Shown here one piece after another: positions 37,601-46,405 of a stretch of 64,000 bases of DNA (within the stretch, counting starts at the first letter, position 1; every line of letters begins with the position of its first letter). The stretch is from Amoebophrya sp. A120 (Eukaryota; Protista; Dinoflagellata): NCBI GenBank assembly GCA_905178155.1, contig CAJINV010000008.1:3621420-3685419 (forward strand). The letters are read 5' to 3'. Under the pieces are notes generated by a model, which saw nothing but the letters and a program-made list of their open reading frames with translations, ran no database searches and was not told the origin of the DNA. The position numbers and the translations under genes were made by a program.

Positions 37601-39341
37601 TTCGTTGTGCGGAGTGCAAAATGTTCGAGGCTTTATGACGGTGCACAACTCCCTCTCATTCTCGTTGTCCCACCGCTCATCCCTTGATCAGAGGCATGAG
37701 TAAAAACAGCCATACTTGCACACGAACGCGCAAATGTAGTGTCTGCATGACAAATCCATGCGCGGAGCCTAGTACTGGAATCTGCTTTAGAGAATTGGAG
37801 TTTGCGAGCAAACCATCGTGCCGAAACTGGCAAACGCCAGTGGTGAAGATGACATCAAATGAGGGGACTTCTAGAAGAGCAGGGGGTTCTTGTCTGCACC
37901 GTTATAGGCCCTGCAGCAGATGGCAAAGCAGAAACGGGCAAGGGCAAAATTGCGGAAGAGCAGAAGTGCCACGACAGCAGCCGGCTCAACTACGGCGAAA
38001 CATCAACTGCTAGAACCGCACGGAGGAAAGCAAGCCAGTCTCCTTGGAGGGAAAAGCAGTGCAGGTGGAGTTCCTCCTCGTAGTTCTTCTGCCGTTGGAA
38101 CTACAAGCAAGGCCAAGGTTTCTCTACTTCTCGGTATTAACAAAAAGGAGCTAGCACCTCCTGGACCACCGCTTGGGGTTGCAGCAAGTTCCTCGAATAA
38201 AACAAGTAAATCGACAGCGGTGGCGGCGTCCTCATCATCCTCGTCCGCCAGCAAGCTCGCGACCTCTTCGGTTTTGTTCTCTTCGAGCAAAGTACACGGG
38301 GAGAAGATGAAAACGAGTGTCGCTGCGGCCATGAAGATGTACGAAGATGATTTTTCTTCCTCCTCCGAGTTCGATTCCGACGAGGAGGATTTCCACCATG
38401 ATCCTGCGCTTGCGGACGGACTACACTTACGAAGAACGACGCAACATTTGTATGGAGCTGCTGGTGCACGTGCAGGAGGTGCTGCAGTTACGGCAGGCGA
38501 CTATTCTTCCTCGGACGAATCATTTTCATCTCCGCACTGCATCTTTTGCCGCTCGCCTATGGCGTTCTCAACTGTTACATTCTCATGTGTTACATGAACT
38601 TGTGACGCAAGAATCGGAAAAGTGCAAAGGGGAAGGCTGCACCTGTAGCATTACAAATTCCGCACAGATTTAGGCGCGGTTTAGGCCTTCACAAATTTGT
38701 CATGCGGAGCAGCTTGATCGTGAGGATGATGATGCGGCTTTTGCATGACAAATTCATGTAAGAACAGTTCAGAATGTAACAATTGAGAATCCCATATCGC
38801 CGAACACAACGCGACAAGACACGGTGCTCGACTTCGGAGAGCTCAGCTTGAGCGATTATGAACTGCAAAAGTATCGCACTCGTATAAATGCATTACAAAT
38901 TGCCTCAGCATGAGAAATAAAATTTGTAATGCTGATTTGCCTTCAGAGGAAAATTTGTGATGCAAGACTTGCATTTATAAGAGTACGATGCTTTTGCACA
39001 GGATAGCGATATGCATTCGACAAATTGATTCTACGTCTGGATCTGAAAGAATTTAATATGCAAGTGATGGCGGAGCAGGAGCACATGTACAGAAATTTGT
39101 GATTGCATGTTGAGGATCGCCAAAATTTATCCATTTCCTGTGACCTAAGAAATAAAAATACCCATTCTTTGCTGGTCATGCGGGACAGGCATCAAGACCA
39201 AGACGCCCCCTGAGCAAGACGTGTGAAGATGCCTCTGCGTCGTGCATTCCTCCAGAAGATCCCGGTGATGGAGATGCATGACAAACATATGCATCCATCC
39301 AGACCCAGACATATTTGCAGTGGATAAGCGAGGATATTTGA
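34616..39341 (+). CDS. Ser/Lys-rich low-complexity protein (~1073 aa) with two isolated CxxC motifs
   Basis: ATG at 34616 in CCACCATG. A probable GT-AG intron at 37048-37366 plus five introners link ORF 34454 to ORF 37920 and end at LSEDI*. Spliced length 3222 nt. The first junction is the least certain. Confidence 0.6.
37409..37590. mobile_element. Introner, family E; DR CCGAT/CCGAC
   Basis: TATGACATGGAAAAGTGGTAAC...GTTAACACTTTTTTGTTTGATG. Confidence 0.8.
37634..37906. mobile_element. Introner, family D; DR GGCTT/GGCCC (GC-AG register 37630-37907)
   Basis: TATGACGGTGCA...TGCACCGTTATA. Joins MFE|ALQQM. Confidence 0.85.
38558..38796. mobile_element. Introner, family G; DR TCGCC/TCGCC
   Basis: TATGGCGTTCTCAACTGTTACATTCT...AGAATGTAACAATTGAGAATCCCATA. 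Confidence 0.9.
38857..39005. mobile_element. Introner, family B, inserted into the left terminus of the next element; DR GCGAT/GCGAT
   Basis: TATGAACTGCAAAAGTATCGCACTC...GAGTACGATGCTTTTGCACAGGATA, 149 bp. Confidence 0.9.
39010..39326. mobile_element. Introner, family A; DR AGCGA/AGCGA
   Basis: TATGCATT..GTCTGGATCTG...CCAGACCCAGACATATTTGCAGTGGATA. Confidence 0.85.
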
Positions 39342-41533
39342 TTTATTTCAGAGAAGCAGGCAGAGGCCGACCCCGACGGAAGAAGAAGAAACACTTTTTT
39401 TTCTGGCTATTCCTGATTGAGCGTGCAGTTGATATATGAATATCATGTATTTATTTATTCGTTGTGGATGAAATGCAAATGTGACACGGCCGCAGAAAGA
39501 GAAACAAAGGCAGCCGCAGTCGATTGTTCATTGTGGCTGTGGCAAAGCACAATAAGACGAGCTGATTTCTTTTTTTTTCCTGCTCGCCCCAAGTATTACT
39601 CTTCTTCTTTTATATTGCGAATTATGAATTTTGCGAAATAGAGTTGTGCGACGGCATTTCTCTTCTTACGCACGACAAAGAAATAGAGGCTCTTCGTCCT
39701 CTGAATTTATAGCCGACATTTTTGGTAGGAAGTCTAGTGGCTGCACTGCTTTTGTGTAATTTTGAAAGTTTTGTGACAAAGGTGCAACAATATAATCAAT
39801 GAGCAAAGCAAGAGCGAGGCCGTTTCGCAGCGATAGCTGACAGCTGGCGCAGCTATATCGTTGCTGTTTGCATCTGGTGGAAGTACTAGGGTAATTTCTA
39901 CTTCTATCATAGGACTTCACTTCAGGTACTCTCGACTGCGTCAGCCGGTAGTGAAAGACCAGGGCTGGGGGAAAAAATGCGAACGTAGGGCAGCAGTTTT
40001 CAGTCCGAGAAGTACTAGTAGAAATGCGACGTTGGTTGACAGATAGTCACATCATCTCGATGTAGTTGAAGAGAAGATGTTGATCCAAAGTAGATCTACG
40101 AAAGAATATTATCGGTTGGATTATTAAGCTCCCGGCCGTAGTTCTTGGAAAAATCAAAGAGCAAAAAATCTCTTTCTTTTTTTGCGTCGGGGAAGTTTAA
40201 ACGAAGCCAAACAGAAACAGACGAAGATCGCAAGATGGTCGCCGTGCTTCACATAGAAGATAGAGATGGCTCATCTCGGGAGCAATGTCTTGCCATGTGA
40301 AAACTATTAAACGAACTCAAAAAACCGCTTCGTAAATATCGGTATTATGATTTAATTTTTGCTTGACCTCATCGACTCGTCGTGTTCCTCTCTGCTCTTC
40401 AATATCGCAATGTGACGAGGATGTTTATTGTCTGGGAACTCACTACGAAAATTAGTTCATCTTCCGGTTCCCCCGTCGTCCTAGTGAGGGGCTCCATCTT
40501 CTCATTTTGTTCCGGGTTGAGGTGTGAAGGTGAACAAAAGTCTTGTAGTAACGACACGCTGGCTCGTCAGGGGGGAGTTTGGATAGGCGATTATACTGAC
40601 TGATGTTGTTGGTAGTTATCGGCTGTTGAATACGCCTGTAGCTGTACTGTCAGTGCCACGTGTGGGAGCACTAGAATAAAACGCGGGGAGGGACGGCACT
40701 TGCTAGTTTACTGATGCAGAGACGTAAGATTGATACTCATTTAGGAAAAAGAACTACACGACGGGTCGGCTGTTCCCCCACACTAATAAATAATTAGGTA
40801 CACAGTAATATTTCAGTTTTGGTTCGTGTCCGAGCATCGATTTTGAAGATGAAGATATTAAAAAACTCGTAGGCTTGTGACTTTTTTTGGAAGCAGAGGT
40901 AGGAATGTGACGGCAGGGCAACTTGTAATAATCTGTGTAAGAACTTGGCTTTCTACGCAAATCTATCATGCAAAATTGAAGTTTCAGTTTGCTGTTCGCC
41001 TTTCCTCGTCCGCAAACGCCTATCTATCTTTCTTTACCATTGTCAGTCTACATGTTTGTTTCGGGACCACGAAGTTGTTTTGACAGCTCAGATTATCACT
41101 CCAGCTTTATTTCAGCAACACCTGTACAAAAAAGCTTGCCACTCGTTTCTCCTGTACCTACTTCACTGTACTTTATTCTTTTCGATCCTAACGTTGGCTC
41201 GCTGTATTCGTGGATTTTAAGTTTTACAATGTAGTTTTTTTTATACATATACTTCTTAGGTTGAATTTGATTGTTGATTCCATTCTCATGTTGTATACCA
41301 TTCCATTGCCACCTCGCGCCAGAGCAAAGTTATAGCAAACATTTTTGTCATCGCAAAGATTGAAGAACAAAGCAAACTTTTTGTGACCTTGAAAAATATT
41401 CCAGTTCTTAAGTCTGTGCCTGACTGATATAATATCAACAGGAGGTGGAGGTCCCGTTGTAATTTCTCAGAGATATTAAACGTAAACTAAAGACAGTACT
41501 GTCTAACAGCGAAGGTAAGGTCAAAAACGAACC

Positions 41534-43252
41534 ATGGGCGCTCTTTCGAAGGCAAAGCTGCAGGCCAGCAAGGCGAAGAGTTCTTGTTCTTCGAGTTCGC
41601 AGCAAAACACGAAGAGACAGCGTAAGGAGGTGAGGAAGCAGGAAATGTGCGTTGAATGCGGCGAGTACGTGTCTGATTTGAAGCAGCACCTCCAGCAGAG
41701 ACACGGCCACGTGTGTCCGTTCTGCAACAAGCGGTTCGGCAACAAACTCGGGTGGCACAACCACGTCCGTGACTACCACAAAGCGAACCCCAAGCAGCTT
41801 GCGAAAGCCAAAATCGACGATTGGCTGTTGAGTAACGAAAGGAGTAGAAGTTGCGGCAAGAACCTCCTGCTCTGCCCAAAAGTGTCCAACTCCTCCTCAA
41901 ACGGCAGAAACTCATCTTCTTCTAAAATGCTATCCCGCAACAACTCTACCGGCTCGGCAGGGTCTGCTGCGGAGGACCAGTACCGCCGCGGACGCAACAT
42001 GATGATGTCCTCCACGCAAGGCGGCTCGACTGGTAAAAAGAGACGAAGTTTGAGTTGCGGCGACAAGATGAACGGGGCGGGAACGAACATGGTGCAAGAT
42101 GAAAATCGCGACAATAATTACAGCTCCAGGACCACCTCCTCGCTCTTCGGCGCTGCACCATCGTCGCCAAGTAGTAGAACTGGTGCAAGGGCGGGACCTT
42201 CTCATCCATCACATCCTGATCAACATCTGAGAGGCGGTGCTGGAGGCGGTTCATCATCATCCTCGTCCAACATGATCAGTGCCGGTCGGAACAAGGAGAA
42301 CAAGAAACCCCCGGGCGGCAGGCAGCGGAGGAAGCTCACCCGGCAAGCGTCTGTTTTCTGTCAGTACGCCAACACAGTCGGCGCGGAGTCCGGGGAGGAC
42401 AGCAACAGCTTCGTCAGGCAACAGGTGAAGAGAGAAAACCTGTACAACGGGTCGGCGACGACCGGGGCGGGTTCATCGTGTGCCTCTTCCTCCAGTTCGG
42501 CAAGAATCTTCAGTACAACCGACCAAACGCAGCAAGGCCCGCTCTTCCGCGCAGCGACCACGGGCGGCGTAGTTGGGAACAGTACTTCTTTTGACGCGTT
42601 TCATTCTCGAGGTGGAGCCACGCAAGGACCGATGTTTCCGCTGCAAGGAAACAACTTCCTGCACCCGAACTCGCTCTCCGGCCCTCCAATGAAATACTAC
42701 CCCAATAACCCTCCTCCGGCTGGCACGGTGAACCTGCTAGATCCGCCAGACTTACAGCAACTGTTTGGCGCGGCGGGGAGCTCCTTCAACCAGGGCGGCG
42801 CGTTTGGCACAGGAGGTGCTGGCGCAGCAAACAACCTCCAGCATGCCGGGGTGATCACGCCGAAAAGTACGACGAGTTGTCACTTTATGCAGGATACGGA
42901 GTTCTTCTCGCAGCAAAGTCACGGTTGCAGTTCGAGCAGTGGGATTTCCTCTAAACTTCTGCGCTCTGTCTCCGCCGGCTGCCCTTCGAGTTGTACCACC
43001 ACCACGACCAGCTCGCTATTCGAACAGTGCTTGAGCTCTGCTACTCGCTCGCACATTGGCAACGTGGTGGAGGAGGAGTTGTCGAATGGCAGCTTGTTTT
43101 TGCAGCACACGCGGTCCGTCGAGGGCAGCTACACTTCCTTTCCGGCGGCCGGGGGATCATCTGCAGGAGGAGCGGGTTATGATACCACGACCGGGTCGTT
43201 TGCACCTGCTGGGGGCACTAGTAGTGCGGGAGCTCCTCCAGCACTACTCTAA
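41534..43252 (+). CDS. C2H2 zinc-finger protein, 572 aa, single exon
   Basis: CVECGEYVSDLKQHLQQRH and CPFCNKRFGNKLGWHNHVRDYH, followed by an S/G-rich tail. Confidence 0.85.
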   Translation: MGALSKAKLQASKAKSSCSSSSQQNTKRQRKEVRKQEMCVECGEYVSDLKQHLQQRHGHVCPFCNKRFGNKLGWHNHVRDYHKANPKQLAKAKIDDWLLSNERSRSCGKNLLLCPKVSNSSSNGRNSSSSKMLSRNNSTGSAGSAAEDQYRRGRNMMMSSTQGGSTGKKRRSLSCGDKMNGAGTNMVQDENRDNNYSSRTTSSLFGAAPSSPSSRTGARAGPSHPSHPDQHLRGGAGGGSSSSSSNMISAGRNKENKKPPGGRQRRKLTRQASVFCQYANTVGAESGEDSNSFVRQQVKRENLYNGSATTGAGSSCASSSSSARIFSTTDQTQQGPLFRAATTGGVVGNSTSFDAFHSRGGATQGPMFPLQGNNFLHPNSLSGPPMKYYPNNPPPAGTVNLLDPPDLQQLFGAAGSSFNQGGAFGTGGAGAANNLQHAGVITPKSTTSCHFMQDTEFFSQQSHGCSSSSGISSKLLRSVSAGCPSSCTTTTTSSLFEQCLSSATRSHIGNVVEEELSNGSLFLQHTRSVEGSYTSFPAAGGSSAGGAGYDTTTGSFAPAGGTSSAGAPPALL

Positions 43253-44253
43253 GCACTACTCTAATCGCAAGTGTAGGTGGCACGAATCACTCTGGACGCT
43301 CCGCTGCGGTTGGAGCAGGAGAACACAATGATGATGATCTGTAGAAACGAATATGTTGATAGTTGTACTACAGGTTCTTGAGCAAGTAGTGCTGATGTTG
43401 AAAACAACATACTTATTTGAATCCTCACATGCTTAAATATGTTCCGTGGAGATCATTTGTTCAGATCTCGTCAAGCCCCGACAATGTTTGGATTTGCAAT
43501 TATTCAAGAAAATGTGGAAACAATTTGTCATTTGTTCGAATCACGTCGGCGACGCGACCCAATTTTTTGCGATGGCAGAATAGAATCCATATCCAACTTC
43601 CAACGCCGGAAGAGTTATAGTTGCAGGGTTCGGGCCGCGGAGCTTCTAGCTTACGGCAACTTGCTCCTTGGTCGTGTGGGGAGAAAACGGCGCTGCTGGT
43701 GGTGTTCTCCCATTTTGAGAAGATGCGATGTAGTCCCAGCATACAACGGTGGAGAACCAATCACTTTGTAGTCACGACGAGCATTCAATGATCGTGATAA
43801 AAGTGATTCTTGCTATAGCACGATGCCGTGTGCTTCTTTTGCCTTTTTCAAAAGTCGTCACCAAAGGTAGCAGTCGTTGAGATTTGCTAGTACAACTGAA
43901 AGAGGAGTAAAAGATTTGGACGATTTCTCTAGTATCGTAACCGTCGTGGTTTGGCTCTATTCGTCACGTCGTTCATCGCCTTCAAAACGAAACCTTCGTC
44001 AGCTGACTCGGAATTATCGCTGGATTCCTCGTGTCGCCATCGTCGTATGAAATTAAGTATCTACACTAAAAGAACTACTTACTTCTTACTCTTGCGACCT
44101 GCACGTCAGTGGCACAGCAGTGCTGAAGTTTACGTAGCAGGAAGAATGCGTTCTTTACTCAAAAAGTTTTACGTGTCCTTCGTTTCATTCGTCTAGTTGC
44201 TTTTGTTATCATAGACCGAGACCCCCAGCACCACGGGTTGGTGGAAAATAAAA

Positions 44254-45748
44254 ATGTCAGCCACTACTGCTTCCCTCTGTGGTCCGCAACGTGGCCGCCC
44301 GACGCTGGAAAAGGTCCAGCAGCCCAAGAGACTAAAGCCCAAGACCACTTTCAACACAGACGCCCGCACAAGCAAGATGGCGCCGCGAACTTCTGTCATT
44401 GGGCAGAAGAGAATCCAGGAGATCGCAAACCGGCTCGCAAAGACGAGCATAAAGTGCAAGCGGATGGAAGTCAACCCGGACTGGCTAGCGGTGGAAGAGT
44501 ACTGGCTCGCGCCTGGGGACCAACAGCACGACTGTTCGGGGCGTGCCAGGAGGTCGAGAAGCGACTCGCGGAGGCAAGCGGATGAAGCCGAAAAAGATAC
44601 TAGAGGTCGTAGAAGAAGTGGTCGAAGCGACGACAAGAATCTTTTTGCTGAGCACCATGGATGCGACCCGCGTATTAACCCTGGGCACCATAGCGCGGAG
44701 CGTCGTGCGTTGAGAGGAGAAGCCGCAGGTTTGAACGCAGCTGCGGAAGTTGTTATCGTCGCTAAAGATCATACTACAAGCCCGCGCACAACATCATGCG
44801 GCGTGCAAACGGAAGGGCGCGGTGATGAAGCAGAATCCTCGAGTTTGGAACTAACCTTGATGATGTCCCGTGCAGCAGGAGCGGGAGAGAAGATGAATCC
44901 GCCATCATCTGTGTCGTTCTATCCGACGAGCACGCAGTACACTACACCGAGTCACCCGCTTCTACTTCGGTCGTCAGCTTTCAAGACCACCACCTCGACG
45001 AGCCGGGCTGCTTCCTACTCGCGCACGACGCGACCCCCCGCAGCGACGTCAACTGTTGTGCCGCGCGTCATCGAGTATTTAAACAAGCCTGTGGGGGATC
45101 GAGGGAGCAAGGACGTGCAGTCGGTTTTCAGCTCGCCACGCACGGTAAGTAGATCCTGTAGCCGACGAGGAGGAGAAGAAATAAAGGTGCGAAAAATGGC
45201 CACTGGTCTTCGTTGTTATCTATAAGGCCCTTTGAGTTTGACATTAATTGATTCCCGCCACAAGAGCACCTCGAACGATGTTGAAGTCACAAGAACTTGT
45301 TGGTTTTCTTTGAAGCAATTTGCCCAGCACCTAGCTTTCGTTTGTATTGGTCTACGAGGTTTAACAACTGCTTCCACTCCAGGTGAATCCCGCCCCATAC
45401 GCTCAGCGTCGCGTCAGGTTTTTTTTCGCGCCAGAGGTCCGGGGCGTTCACGGTGCACAACCCCCCGAGCTCCCGCAAGGTCAGCAGGGGGTGGATCTAA
45501 AAATAACTGATCAGGCAGCACTTCTGACCCGTTGGTACAAAGCTGGCACAAGGAACCGCAGAGAAAAGAGCAGGAAGCGACGTGCTGAGGAGGAGGTTGA
45601 TGCGCATCCTGATCATGAGCATAGAGTGACACGAGGAGTAGAGCCCGTAGTTGACACGTCTTTCCTCGTTCCGGTGCAGCTTGCCCATCGTCCTAGAGAA
45701 TTTGTGTCCTGGACAGCGCAGCGCAAGGAACGCTTTCGGATTTTGTAA
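44254..45748 (+). CDS. Hypothetical protein; probable intron from GTAAGT at 45145 to AG at 45434 or 45436 (3' end at 45500 or 45748)
   Basis: 323-aa ORF with an AAAATG start and a consensus donor. The last exon frame is ambiguous. Confidence 0.5.
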
Positions 45749-46405
45749 ATTGATGAACAATGCGAGGAGTATCCATGTAGATGTACTGCCACAACTGTGA
45801 CCGAGCTACTGCATTGACGAGATGAACCAATATTTATACGGTCACTTGACGATCTTGAAAGAAAAATGACTGAGTAATGCGTGGTCAGAGCACCCTGCAG
45901 GCGCGGATCTTGCGTCCACAAATGTTTTGCCCTGTGCGACTTTGTGGGCGATCTCGCTAATGCCATGCGGACACGGCTGTGAAACCGAAATTAAAAACGG
46001 CACTCAAATGGTGCAAGGACGAGAGAGTGACGGTCAAATAAGGGTCAAAATGCAATAAAGTAGAGAGAGCAGAATTACTTACATGGAGATGGAACGTATT
46101 AATGATGGCGAACGGTGAAAATTTCAATTTGTGCGCGTTCCGCGGGTACGCGATTACATAAGAAGATCTAAAATTTTCTGCCCAGATGAGACACCAAATC
46201 AAAAATCAGAACACTTGAACATTTCTCAGCAGGTCAAAGGACTAGGACATTCGTTGGTTTGCTTGTCTGTTCAATTTTTACAAAGCAAGGCTGGCAGTAC
46301 GTCTAAATTCACGCAAGAGTTCTTGTTGTCGCTCTTGTACAACTACTGTAACTAGCAACCCGTCATTACGCGACATTTTGTTCAACTACAGCGCAAAAAA
46401 TCAAC

